DNA from: Octopus bimaculoides
Lineage: Eukaryota
DNA: 64,000 nt
Direction: 5' to 3'
NCBI RefSeq assembly: GCF_001194135.2
Contig: NC_068983.1
Span: 15,453,323-15,517,322 of the forward strand
Shown: one piece after another, positions 12,076-24,935 of the stretch
How positions within the stretch are numbered: the stretch's first letter is position 1
Layout: each line of letters begins with the position of its first letter
Position numbers and translations under genes: made by a program
Notes under the pieces: model-generated
Told to the model about the DNA's origin: nothing
Databases searched by the model: none
The model's input: the letters and a program-made list of their open reading frames with translations, nothing else

Positions 12076-15000
12076 TGTCATTCACCCTTAGCTTAATGTA
12101 TTTCGCCATTTACCTCCTTTCTTTAATGTATATAAAAAAAAAATGCGCAGCCGGCATAAAGACATAGGAAAACGAAGACGGAACAACTTTATTGTTAAGG
12201 TTTTAACAGAATTAATACTTAATTTTCAGGTATGATATATTTACCCCTTGCCATGTAAATGTTTACCCGTGGGAATACTATTCCTCCTAATTGAGACCCA
12301 CTGGCCCAGAAACTTACCTCGTTGTCTCGCTGTTCAGTTTTTTTTTTTGTTATTAAGCTTCATGTCATCGAATTGACCTGTAATCAAAGACATTCAATAA
12401 TGACCATTAGGTCAATTTTTACCTTTTCTTTACCGAGGTATATAATACTTCAGACTACATTATTGTATGTACCCTTCCTTCCTTTCTTACGACTTACTCT
12501 TAAAAATAAAACAAAAAAGACACATCGTTAATGTAATCGCTGGAATACATTCTGTGTTTGAGGGAAATTTAGCTACTATGTCTAACATGTCGAACGATCG
12601 CATATGTTCTCATTTCTTTGGCTGGAGGATTCTTCATTTGACGATGGCGTCGTTCACTCATTTTTGTCATAATCTTCAGACCACAACATGACTTATTAAG
12701 ACAGAAATAGCACCTTGCATTCCTCCTACAATAATAATAACAAGAAAATAAATTACGAAAAAATCACTCTTAAATTTTTCAAACTACAGAAAACTTTATT
12801 TTGTTACAAAACAGTTTAATAAACGTAAACAACACTGCAAACTTAAGTTTTAATAAAAATATTTTTGCCTCACTTTAAAAACCATTCATTAATATTTATA
12901 TTTATTGTGTGTGTGTGTGTGTGTATGTATAATATAATAATATATGTATATATTATATAAACACACACACACATATATATATAGAGAGAGAGAAAGAGAT
13001 ATACATATATGTATATATCGTGTGTAAACATACATGCACATAGATTTTAAACACAATGGAGAAATCCCATTATCTTACGATCTAGTCGTAATTGTTGCTA
13101 CTTGCTTAGCCCCGGGTCAACCCTGATCGAGCAGACCTTTGGTCAAAGGTATTCCAGTTATGACCATCCCATACTATGGTCGGTCAAACATAATCTAGTG
13201 CATCTAGGACCAAAATAATCAATACTGCCTTCTCCCGTTTGTTTTAAACAGCAGAGGTGTGAGTGCATTTTCGAGGGCGACGTAACTGTTATTTCTAGGA
13301 GGGTGATGGTATTTTTTTTCGTTGAGGTAGGAGGTTCCCAGAAGGTGACATCATTCCGTAACATATAGAATTAATTATTTTTAAGCCGTCACTTCTAACT
13401 AACAGTAAAATATTTTCCCAACTCCGAACAAACACTAAAGTACACGTTTCTCGGCTTATAATAATAATTTGTGTCATTACAGTCAAACTCCACTTACATA
13501 TATTTAAAACATTTAAGGGCGATTACATCGGGAATCATATACAAACACACACATTATATCTATCTACACATACACACATTAAAGTCAATACCGTGTTCGA
13601 GTTTCATCTTTTTAATTTTTTTTTCCTGTTGCCTTATTCCTTTATTTTTTTTCGTTTTATGTTAACCCTTTATGTTCAATTTCGAACAATAACGTTCTTA
13701 AGTCCTGTCCATTAATGTTTCAAGACCTTTCTTCGTCTCATCAAACTGGATGATAGTGTTTTGTGGTAGGCAGCCAGGGATCATGGGAATCATGTAACTA
13801 ATAAAATCGTCAATGTTTATCAGGTGTGCTGATGTTTAAATTCTCTTGTTTGCATTTTGCTATTAATGAAACTTATTGTGTGTGTGTGTGTATTGTGTGG
13901 AAATCTATATAAGATGGTAATATTATCTACTCGTGTTTTTTTGATGGTGTTTTATTTTTTCTGTCAAGTTCTTTTGGTCTATTGTAATGTGCTGAAATGG
14001 CCCCCTTGTTACATATGCATGGTCAGCTCATGAGAAAGGGAAGTACTCGTATGCCTGATGTTACTATTTAAGATATGAAGTTCACCCCCCTCCACACAAG
14101 GTGAGCAAGGTTACATATCTGGTTCTAAAGGATATGTAATCCTGTTTATTCTACAAATGGTAATTCCTGTTTATTCTACAAACTCCTTACAGTTCTAACA
14201 TCTTTTATGTTTTAGTAGCACAAAATAATCAAAATAATTATACACACACACACGTACATACATACATTCATAAAGTGTAAAGTCAAGTGTGAGAGATGAA
14301 TATAGATTTATTTTTTCTATGTGTCTTCCATATGATTACAGCTGTTTCGTAACTTTCATGTAATATCATTATTTCTGTATGTAAAATTATATGTACAAGT
14401 TTACATCAATATGTTTGCTTAACATTATAAAGTACAATTGAATACTCACCAATTGATGCAAGTAATGTTGAACCATGAATTTATCTATGATGTTCCAGTG
14501 AATCTAATGAGATAACTTTCTTCATTAGCATCAATTTGTGAATATTCAACTGTACTGTATAATGCTGACCATACATATTAATGTAAACATGTATCTATAA
14601 TTTTGCATCCTGAAATTACTAATACTATATGATGAAGGTTACAAAATGGCTGTAATCATATGTCTGCAGAAGATATTTTAGCTTTGTTGTCACAAGAATT
14701 ATTTTACCCAGAGACTAGTTGCCTGGGAGCCATTTTTGTCTATTTAAGAAAATACATGACTGTCTCAGCTTCTCCTAGTTGTCTAGTTGCACCAATAGCC
14801 ATAGGTTAAGCTGTATTATTTCACACTCTCTAACTCTTAACTAGTTGCACTTAATCATGACAGGACAAAATCTGTTATTTTAAATCATAAAGCAATCTTG
14901 TCTGAATGAAAAAAAAAATCATTTATTACCTTATTTCTACTTAAAAACAGATGTTATCTACATTTTCTACTTGCTGCTCACTATAGTTTGTTTACAAACA

Positions 15001-15925
15001 TCTTGATTTTACAAATACAGACATATCTTTATTTTCTATAGCAAATACATTTTATTCATTTGACATTGTAAAAAGCATGAAGATATTTATATGTGTACTT
15101 TTCCATAACATTGTTTCTGCAACATAAATTTTCTTGTTGACTTATGCATATACATTCTTTTAAACACATTTTTATAAACTCCACCTTGACTGATGTTGTA
15201 AATTAAGATCGGTTCCATTTAATATGTCTGAATCCTGTCCCATTTGGACCTGTATTCACAAATCACATGTAATTGTTGTATAACAGTGCAGTGTAATTAT
15301 TTTAGTTTATTCTACTATAAAATCAAAAGGAGCCTATTGTCTGTTGGTATATAGGAAATAAAAGGGGAAAAGATGTCATTCGCCATTGTTATTATCTATA
15401 CAAACATTCTTTTAAATTCCACACTTCCTAAGAAAATCATCATCATCATTGTCATTGTCGTAGTCATTGCTGTTGTCGTCATCATCATCATCATCATCAC
15501 TATTTAATGTCCATTTTTCTATGCTTGCTTGGAAAAATGGACATACAGTTTATTTGAGGCAGATTTTCTCTGGTTAGATGCTCTTCCTGTCACCAACCCT
15601 CACCTGTTTCGAAGCAAGGTAATATTTCCCCCGATGGCCAGACATGCCTGATGCAGAATATCAGAAATAAGTGATACTATTGTATGACAATGACAATCAT
15701 TTTACAACTATCTCGTGATGCCAAGACAAGGATAAAAAAAAAAAAACACATACACTCTCTCTTTCTCAAACACATACACACACATGATGGGCTTCTTTCA
15801 GTTTCTATCAAATCTACTCACAAGGCTTTGGTTGATCCAGTAAAAGACACTTGCCCAAGGTGCTACACAGTGGAATCATGTGGTTGAGCAGCAAACTCCT
15901 TGCCACAAAGACATGCCTGCACCTA

Positions 15926-16411
15926 CCGTAAATCTTCGAGTATAGTCCGCCCTTGGGTATAACACACAGGAGATTTTTAGGGGGCTGTGCCTCTGAAAAA
16001 CCTAAACCTTGTGTATAATACGCACCCCTTCTCTAACTTGAGTCAAGGAGGTCTATATAACGTCCTTGGTTTGTAAACGTATATACGGTAACGTCCTTTA
16101 TTATTATTGTATATATAACATAATGCAAATGTGTAGCTTTTTTGTGCACTTTGCAGAAAATAAAGAAATAACAGTAATATCGTCAGTGAAAAATAAATAT
16201 TAAGTAAATTGCCTTTACATATTTATCACTATCAGTTACAAGCCTGACATCACAAAATGCGTCTGAATAAACATTGCCGGACAGCAAAAGGAGACTCGGA
16301 CATTGCTTAGAAAATATTTTTTTTATTTTTAACATCGTATATAGTACGCACTAGGGATTTTGACTGTTAAATTTTGGGAAAAAAATGTGGATTATACTCG
16401 AGGATTTACGG
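15926..16411. mobile_element. Tc1/mariner-pogo-type MITE, copy 1 (486 bp)
   Basis: TIRs CCGTAAATC(C/T)TCGAGTATA.TCC(G/A)C; TA TSD on both sides; near-identical to 40724-41213. Confidence 0.92.
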
Positions 16412-16439
16412 TATATGGTGAAATAAACGGCCCAGAACA

Positions 16440-16640
16440 TCCACCTAGATCAAAGAGTACAAAGCTTAGTTCTCAGTACACTTCTGTATGGCTGTAAATC
16501 TTGAACAGCATATGCTTTGCAAGAACACAAATTTCATGTGTTTCAACTGAGATGTCTGCACAGAATTCTTGGAATCAAACCACAGGATAAGATTTTTAAC
16601 AGTTTTGTATTTACCAGGACAGCCATCTCTTCTGTCTTTT
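16440..16640 (+). mobile_element. Decayed RTE-type LINE RT C-terminal fragment
   Basis: VLSTLLYGCKS*...FHVFQLRCLHRILGIKPQDKI matches the RTE LLYG(S/C)ETW...RCLRRILGI.WQDK motif. Confidence 0.75.
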
Positions 16641-17758
16641 ATCTTTTACTTGTTTCAGACATTAAAGAGAGGCCATGCTGGGGCACCAGCTTGAAGAATT
16701 TTAGTTGAATAGAGCAATCCCAGTACTTATTTGTTTTTAAGCCTAGTACTTCTATTAGTCTCTTTTGTCAAACTGCTAAGTGATGGGGATGTAAACATAC
16801 CAACACTGGTTGTCAGTTGGTGGAGAGAGACAAACACAGGCAAAAAACACACACAAATATACATAAGCACCACCATACATTTCCTCCCCACACACACATA
16901 TATACACATATGTATACATACTTGGTCATTGCTCCAACTTAACAAATGATTGCCTTCTCCTTGTGCTCTGTCATCAATAGCATTTCTGACTTTCCATTCA
17001 TAATTTCTGAGATGACTATTCAGTTCCTGTTTCAGATCTGTATGGCTTGAAGCGTAGGTGACAGATGACAGATGTAATTACTGTGCACTTGCAGCTGGTT
17101 AAGTCTGCACATGTCACTACTCTTCCATCACCATAGGACTTTCAGTAGATGGAATGACAAATGAGGTCATCCTAAAGAGACATCTGTAAGTCATTGGATT
17201 ATAGTAATAAATGCTTGTACAACACAAATACCACTTTCTGAGTTTCTATGATTAGTACCCAGTGACAGGCTGAAGCAAGATGACCAGTAATCATGTGAAA
17301 CCACTGTTTTTACATCAGAGTATCCCCTACTTGAAGAATGCTAGGGATCCTCACTCCCAGTGGGTGGTGTCAGAGCATGCATATATACATTGCATACATA
17401 TACACACACATTCACATACATACATTACAAAGAAAGGGTTGACAGCTTTAAAAATAAATAAATATGGCACTCTACTGAAAAGTATTGGGTGTCTCCTTCA
17501 ATTTAATAATTTAATGTTGAACTAGTTTTGTATTTAACTTTAATTAAAAGCAAGCATTAATATGTGTATGAGTGGATATGCTGACCAAGGATCAGTTCTG
17601 TCTTATGTGCCACTTATGGAGGGATATATGTGTAGTTCCTGAAACAATGTTTTCTTGTAGAAAATTTGCTACAAGGTTAAATTAGGAATATTTCTTTTAT
17701 ATTGTATATCAGAAATTGGCTTTTTCCATGTAATCTTTCACTGTATAGACTTAATGTT

Positions 17759-18142
17759 GTTGTTGGCACTCCGTCACTTACGACGTCGAGGGTTCCAGTT
17801 GATCCGGTCAACGGAACAGCTTGCTCGTGAAATTAACGTGCAAGTGGCTGAGCACTCCACAGATATGTGTACCCTTAACGTAGTTCTCGGGGATATTCAG
17901 CGTGACACAGTGTGACAAGGCTGACCCTTTGAATTACAGGCACAACAGAAACAAGAAGAGAGAGTGAGAGAAAGTTGTGGTGAAAGAGTACAGCAGGGTT
18001 TGCCACCATCCCCTGCCGGAGCCTCGTGGAGCTTTAGGTGTTTTCGCTCAATAAACACTCACAACGCCCGGTCTGGGAATTGAAACCACGATCCTATGAC
18101 TGCGAGTCCGCTGCCCTAACCACTGGGCCATTGCGCCTCCAC
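17759..18142 (-). mobile_element. tRNA-derived SINE family A, full length
   Basis: Complete reverse complement of the family; perfect 13-bp TSD TAGACTTAATGTT (17746-17758, 18143-18155). Confidence 0.95.
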
Positions 18143-18889
18143 TAGACTTAATGTTATAGCTCCAAATAATTCATCATTTATTGGAACATTTATTAAACAA
18201 GTTTGGTGAAAATATACCTTGACAAAACTATTTATGATATATCCTACGTCTGTGTCTTGTTATGATGAATGTATGCTCCTGGAAAGTCTGCTAAGCACTT
18301 CAAGGTAGTTTTTCCTCTTAAGAGAGTTTAATAGTTTAATCTGGTTGGATATAAAAGTGTCTGTTTTTTTGGTATGTTTTTCATTCCAGGCAGCTTTTAT
18401 ATCTAACCCTGTATAACTGCTAACTTTATAATTGCTGGTTATAGAGGGAGTCTGTCTTTTTATACCAGTTGCAGAAGACTTGCTATGAGGTAAGATCATG
18501 CATATTTCCATTATCTCTGGCATCATAAGATGGCTCTTTCGATTCATTATTTCATTGTGTAGAATCTAATGTCATAGCCCTAAATAATGATTCATACAAA
18601 TGTTTGTTGAATACTTTTGGTGAAAATACATCATTAAATTAATGATATTGTATGTACAGGGTGGATCAGTTTTTGTTTTTTTGGTGGTGGTGGTGGTGGT
18701 GGGTGTCATTTGTATGAATTTAGAAAAATATACATAGCTTATCAAAGAAAAGCTGTATTCAGAAACAAATTGGTACAAATAATCTTGAGAACCATTTTAT
18801 CATACCTACTCAATGAATCCACTGTTGGCACCAATGACTGCTTCAATATAGGGTTGGAAGTGTTAATATACCCAAATCAAATGATCTTT

Positions 18890-19530
18890 ATCAATTTTGG
18901 ACATAGTGCTGGTTATGGCAGACTAGAGAGATAATATGGTGTTATGGCCTCTCGCTTGGTTATGCCCCATACATAATAGTCTGTGGATTGACATCTGGTG
19001 AGCTACGAGGCTATGTGTCTGGGAGAACATGATCATGGAGATTGATATGCAAAGTCTTGTTGGAAGTCTTCTGTTGCATACTCCATTTATTCAGAGTCTC
19101 ACAACTTTCTCCAACACCTCTGTGTAAACAGTGGCATTGACTCTTAAGCCCTGTGAAAAAAAGTGAGGAGGCATGACATTTTCCTCATTTCTGATTACTC
19201 CCAGAACTGTCATAGTTGCTGAGAACTTAGTATACATGACCATTGGAACCTCATTTGAGTCTCTGCATAACCATCTATTCTTCCTGACTATTGGTCCTGA
19301 TAGAAGTTTTTCTCACTGGAAAAATACCAAAGTGTTCCAGCCTCTTGATGTTTTAACTTGTTTAGTGACCACTTTGTGTGGATTGAATGACTCTGTCTGG
19401 TCACATCTGACCCCTCTCTTTCACATGTGACTTGTACCAGATGTCCTCATGCACAGCACTTCTGATGGTGCATTCTGAAACCTTGAGGACCTTTGCAATG
19501 GCTCTGATTCACTTTATATATAAATCATGG
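18890..19530 (-). mobile_element. Decayed Tc1/mariner (maT/DD37D-like) transposase fragment
   Basis: Minus strand FSSEKNFY, VPMVMYTKFSATMTVLGVI...VMPPHFF..GLRVNATVYTEVLE, and a SSPDVNP...YYVWG-like segment; frameshifted. Confidence 0.8.
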
Positions 19531-19606
19531 TTTATAATCATTCAAAAGAAAGTAAGAAAATGGAGATGTAACATTTAATAAAAATTTATTACCTGCAAAA
19601 ATCAAA

Positions 19607-19688
19607 CATTACAGCTGTTTCAATTAAGCCTGATAGATTAAATAGCAATTATTAAAATCCTTATATTAGGCAAAATCTCTTCAGAGGG
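19607..19688 (-). ncRNA. Mirror hammerhead motif, left arm (3' strand of stem I deleted)
   Basis: Minus strand CCCCT-CTGAAGA-...-GAAACAGCTGTA-ATG; lacks the AGGG that would close stem I. Confidence 0.5.
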
Positions 19689-19782
19689 GTAGAAAAAGAT
19701 ATACTGTTAGGTTTTTAGTGTTGTACTTTAGAATAAAAAACAACACTTAAAAACGTAACAGTATATCTTTTTTTCTTTTATG

Positions 19783-19863
19783 CCTCTGAAGAGATATTGC
19801 CTAATACAATGATTTTAATAATTGCTATTTAATCTATTAGGCTTAATTGAAACAGCTGTAAGG
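19783..19863 (+). ncRNA. Minimal type-I hammerhead ribozyme motif (Penelope pLTR type), right arm
   Basis: CCT-CTGAAGA-[stem II incl. GCCTAATA/TATTAGGC]-GAAA-C-AGCT-G-TA-AGG; predicted cleavage after GUA at 19860. Confidence 0.65.
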
Positions 19864-21354
19864 GAATGTTTGATTTTTGCAGATAATAAAATGTCATTAA
19901 ATTATATATCTCCATTTTTTTTTTAACTTTCTTTTGAATGATTATTTAGCTATCGTTTGAAAGTCTCCACCTTTTTGCTTTCTCTTGTTTTGCATGTATA
20001 CATATATGCATATTTTGTATTTCATATCGAATTATTATATTTGATATATATAATTTGTTTATCCGCATAACTTGCCTCTACATTCGCTCAACTTGATCCC
20101 TCTTATTAGCTATTCTTTACCCTGTTGAATCGATCACCTGTAAAGACATTGGAGTCTAAGTTTGAATCTTTTGAGCACTACTAATTGTCTTCTATACTGA
20201 GAATCTTTGGCGGTCATTTGTGGACTATATATATATATATATATATATAGGGAGAGAGAGAGAGAGGAGAGGTATATATACATACGTACTGATGTATATA
20301 TATATATATGTGTTTACGTATGACACACGCACACACACATACACGTGTGTGTGTGTGTGTGATGTACGCATATATTATATATGCATGTTGGAAGTCGAAC
20401 AGCCTGTGAATGTTACATCTAACCTTGAATATTGGAACTCGATGTACAAACCGAATAAAAAGCAAGAAGTGTAATAAAATAGTTCAAGAGTGAAATAAAG
20501 TAAATCGACAACAATAATTTCCTTTATTCGAATAATATTTCAAAGAAAATTTATTAAAAACCCCGAGCTTATACAATAATTTTGATGTTTCGAACATCGA
20601 ACAGGCGGTGAAGTGTAATGATGATCCTACATTAAATTTTCTTCCACTTGTAAGGATATTGCATCGCAGTTGTTTAGCCTTATTTTAGCCCTGATCAAAA
20701 GAGTTCCAGCCATGACAATCTCATTTCATTCGGAACTAGAATATCCAATGTGTCTTACTTTTATTCAGGAGACAGTAAGTTCTGAGAGAAGTTTCGTTGC
20801 TATATCTAGCGGATACAGTGTCTACGTAGAGGATATCTTTTCTTAGATTCATATACATACATAGATACAAGCTCTTTTCAGTTTCCATCTACCTAATTCC
20901 CTCACAAGGCTTTGGTCGGTCTTGGATGTAATAGACGACACTTACCCATATGCATACAGCCGAGAGAGTTCTGTGTGGTAGCTCGACCTGTTAGGAAATA
21001 AGCCTTTCATTTTGAAATGTGGGGAAAAAAAAAACATCTTGGTAAATGTAGGCAACGATGCCCATTCCTTGGGAAAAATTGCGATGGTCAGAGCTGGAAC
21101 GTCTATGACCATAAGTAAATGCAATCTTAGTTGACTTAGGGCTAAACAACTCGGAAAAATTAACGAAAATCATATCCAAGAAATCTTTTTTTAAAAGGAC
21201 ATCAAGACACGTATTACATAGATATTAAAATGTAACTTCCATATATAGATTATTTTTCTTTTAGTTCAAATTCTTTATTCTCTACATTGTGTGTTTCTTT
21301 TCAGTTAATGTTTGAATGTCTTTATGTATATTTATTCATAAAACAAACACGTTA

Positions 21355-21405
<51 letters not shown>

Positions 21406-21519
21406 CAAATATAGACATACATGTGTGTGTAAAGGAAGTGCAAAGTATGAAACCCGCGACCCGTGAATCACTTATATAACGTTTCAGCTGATTAATGTGA
21501 GTGTATGTATCATCATCAC

Positions 21520-22690
21520 CATCATCATCATTTAACGTCCGTTGTCCATGCTGGCATGGGTTGGACTGTTTAACCAGGGTTGGTAAACTGAGGGACTGCA
21601 TCAGACTCCAGTCTGATTTAGCATAGTTTCTACAGCTGGATGCCCTATCCTAACACCAACCACTCTGCGAGTGTAATAGGTGCTTTTACATGCCACTGGC
21701 ATGGGTACCAGTTGCATGACACCAGTATCTGCTACAACTACGATTTCACTTGGCTTGATGGATCTGCTTCTCAAGCACAGCATATTGCCAAAGATCTCAG
21801 TCACTTGTCATTGCCTCTGTGAGGCCCAACGCTTGAAAGGTGCTCCTTACGTGTCGCTGGCACAGGTGCCAGTTACATGACACCAACAACGGCCACAATT
21901 ATATTTCACTTAGCTTGACAGGTCTTCTCAAATATGACATATCGCCAAAGGTCTCAGTCACTAGTCATAGCCTTTATGAGGCCCAACATTCTTAGATCAT
22001 GCTTCACCACCTGGTCCCATGTCTTCCTGGATCTCCCACTTCCACAGCTTCCCTCTACTGTTAGAGATTAGCACTTCTTCAAACAGCTGTCCACATTCAT
22101 CCGCATCACATGACCATACCAACGCAGTAGTCTTTCTTGCATACCACATCTGATGCCTCTTATGCCCGACTTTTCTCTCAAGACATTTACACCCTGTCAT
22201 ACATACACACTGACATTACACATCCAGCAAAGCATACTGGCTTCATTTCTTTCAAGCCTTCTCTGCAGTCACAACCCATGTTTCGCTGCAGTGTAGAATG
22301 GCTGTTTGCACACAGGCATCATACAATCTGCCTTTCACTCTGAGGGAAAGGCCCTTTGTTACCAACAGAGTTAGAAGCTCTCTGAACTTTACCCAGCCTA
22401 TTCTTATTCTAGCAGCTATGCTCTCAGAGCATCCACTTCTGCTACTGACTTGGTCACCTAGATAATGGAAGCTATCAACTACTTCCAGCTTTACCCTGCT
22501 GGCATTTGATGGCGTTTATTTTCTGTACATGTTTAGTGTTAATTGTACCTGTGCACCTTCCACACACAAAATCTAGTTTCCCTGTTAACCTTCTGATATT
22601 GCTGGGGTGGGGCAGTTTGGAAAGTTCTTTTTGGGAGGAGGGATTTTGGGAAGTCGGCGATTTGAGTCTGAAAAGTCACCTATACAGCTA
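21520..22690 (-). mobile_element. RTE-clade LINE, 3' ~1.2 kb (decayed ORF2 end, 3' UTR, (GAT)n tail)
   Basis: Minus strand KLEVVDSFHYLGDQVSS...IAARIRIGWVKFRELL...RLYDACVQTAILHCSETW; tail identical in type to 1288-1503. Confidence 0.88.
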
Positions 22691-22769
22691 AGCACTTTAT
22701 AGGTGTGAAACCAATGGTTCACTGTTCTTTACACCACAGAATGCATTGATTACTACAGGCACATCAAGG

Positions 22770-23270
22770 CCTTGACACAAGTCCCACTTCATCATCTGCA
22801 CTCTATATCAGATGGCAAGATTGCATTCCTCATGTAGAGGTCCAACATTGGCACAGTAAGTGTGGAGGCCCTCATTACCTCATTACAGGTGCACTGGGTG
22901 GGGCATATTTGCAGGATGGAGGGCAGCAGCCTCCCAAAGGCAGTTTTCTACACTGAACTGCATCAGGGCAGAAGGAGCTGTGGCAGCCAGAGGTCACAAT
23001 ACAGGGATGTACTGAAGAGACATGAAGAACTCCAACATCTCCCCAGACACCTGGCAGGACAAGGCTCTGCAGCATGATGAAGGATATCAATCACTGAAGA
23101 TTGTAATTCCAGCTATTGAAGAGAAACAACAGAGAGAATATGAAAGAGCACATGAGAGGCATCACTTTTCCATTATGTCAGATACCTGCAGCATATGTCA
23201 TTGCCACTGCAGATCAAGAGCAGGCCTTGTAGCCTTCTTGTGAGCCTGCCAGAGATGATTTCTGAACAAG
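22770..23270 (+). mobile_element. Decayed RTE/BovB-like LINE 3' fragment
   Basis: LQVHWVGHICRMEGSSLPKAVFYTELHQGRRSCG..YRDVLK and terminal CSICHCHCRSRAGLVAFL (CxxC..C.SR.GL.SH-like). Confidence 0.8.
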
Positions 23271-23615
23271 AACAGTCGACGTTGACCTTCAATAAATAGC
23301 TAATGATGATACACACACACACACACACACATATATATATCAATAACAAAACATATACAGGATACATCAGTTTTTTCTTCTAACCTTTTTGTTTACCTTA
23401 CTTTTCAGATAAATAATGTCAGACGTCAGGCTGAGTCAGCAAATGAAAAGGCACACTAAGCATTGCCCTAAAAATGCAGCACAATGACACAGAGCTAGCT
23501 CGCTTCCTGAGAGGTGCCCAATCCCTCATTGACACAGTTCAAAAAGAGCTGGAACATCAGCGGCCAAATGCAAAATGCATAAACAGAGTCCTAATATCAT
23601 CAGATCACATAATCT

Positions 23616-23815
23616 TTACTCTTTTACTTATTTCAGTCATTTGACTGTGGCCATGCTGGAGCACCGCCTTTAGTTGAGCAAATCGATCCCAGGACTTATT
23701 CTTTGGAAGCCTAGTACTTATTCTATCGGTCTCTTTTGCCGAACCGCTAAGTTACAGGGACGTAAACACAGCAGCATCGGTTGTCAAGCGATGTTGGTGG
23801 GGACAAACACATAAA
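23616..23815 (-). mobile_element. SINE family E 3' half; other copies 40001-40135, 43972-44165, 55202-55410
   Basis: TTACTCTTTTACTT..TTCAGTCATTTGACTG.GGCCATGCTGGAGCACCGCC...GTTGTCAAGCGATGTTGG recurs four times. Confidence 0.9.
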
Positions 23816-23816
23816 C

Positions 23817-23849
<33 letters not shown>

Positions 23850-24879
23850 GGACACATAAGAGGTGCAGCAACATCAAAGGCAGGTTAACTAGCAAGTTAG
23901 TTTTTGTTTGTGGCAGATGTTCAGGTGCAATAAAGACTGTAAACAAACAGGAAACAACTTCTATCTCATTCCNNNNNNNNNNNNNNNNNNNNNNNNNNNN
24001 NNNNNNNNNNNNNNNNNNNNNNNNNNNNNNNNNNNNNNNNNNNNNNNNNNNNNNNNNNNNNNNNNNNNNNNNNNNNNNNNNNNNNNNNNNNNNNNNNNNN
24101 NNNNNNNNNNNNNNNNNNNNNNNNNNNNNNNNNNNNNNNNNNNNNNNNNNNNNNNNNNNNNNNNNNNNNNNNNNNNNNNNNNNNNNNNNNNNNNNNNNNN
24201 NNNNNNNNNNNNNNNNNNNNNNNNNNNNNNNNNNNNNNNNNNNNNNNNNNNNNNNNNNNNNNNNNNNNNNNNNNNNNNNNNNNNNNNNNNNNNNNNNNNN
24301 NNNNNNNNNNNNNNNNNNNNNNNNNNNNNNNNNNNNNNNNNNNNNNNNNNNNNNNNNNNNNNNNNNNNNNNNNNNNNNNNNNNNNNNNNNNNNNNNNNNN
24401 NNNNNNNNNNNNNNNNNNNNNNNNNNNNNNNNNNNNNNNNNNNNNNNNNNNNNNNNNNNNNNNNNNNNNNNNNNNNNNNNNNNNNNNNNNNNNNNNNNNN
24501 NNNNNNNNNNNNNNNNNNNNNNNNNNNNNNNNNNNNNNNNNNNNNNNNNNNNNNNNNNNNNNNNNNNNNNNNNNNNNNNNNNNNNNNNNNNNNNNNNNNN
24601 NNNNNNNNNNNNNNNNNNNNNNNNNNNNNNNNNNNNNNNNNNNNNNNNNNNNNNNNNNNNNNNNNNNNNNNNNNNNNNNNNNNNNNNNNNNNNNNNNNNN
24701 NNNNNNNNNNNNNNNNNNNNNNNNNNNNNNNNNNNNNNNNNNNNNNNNNNNNNNNNNNNNNNNNNNNNNNNNNNNNNNNNNNNNNNNNNNNNNNNNNNNN
24801 NNNNNNNNNNNNNNNNNNNNNNNNNNNNNNNNNNNNNNNNNNNNNNNNNNNNNNNNNNNNNNNNNNNNNNNNNNNNNNN

Positions 24880-24935
24880 CAAATCGTCCAACCCATGCTA
24901 GCATGGAAAGCGGACGTTAAACGATGATGATGATA
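24880..24935 (+). mobile_element. RTE 3'-tail remnant emerging from a gap
   Basis: CAAATCGTCCAACCCATGCTAGCATGGAAAGCGGACGTTAAACGATGATG. Confidence 0.8.

Larger units (their letters stand above)
19534..19945. repeat. Foldback: ~190/206-bp inverted arms around a 15-nt spacer
   Basis: 19534-19724 aligns to the reverse complement of 19740-19945 with scattered mismatches and short indels; spacer 19725-19739. Confidence 0.93.

Noticed and set aside
18260-18547. 95-aa minus-strand ORF, and a plus-strand 100-nt exon-like segment 18390-18489
   Set aside because: No recognisable domain; the plus segment has stops in all three frames
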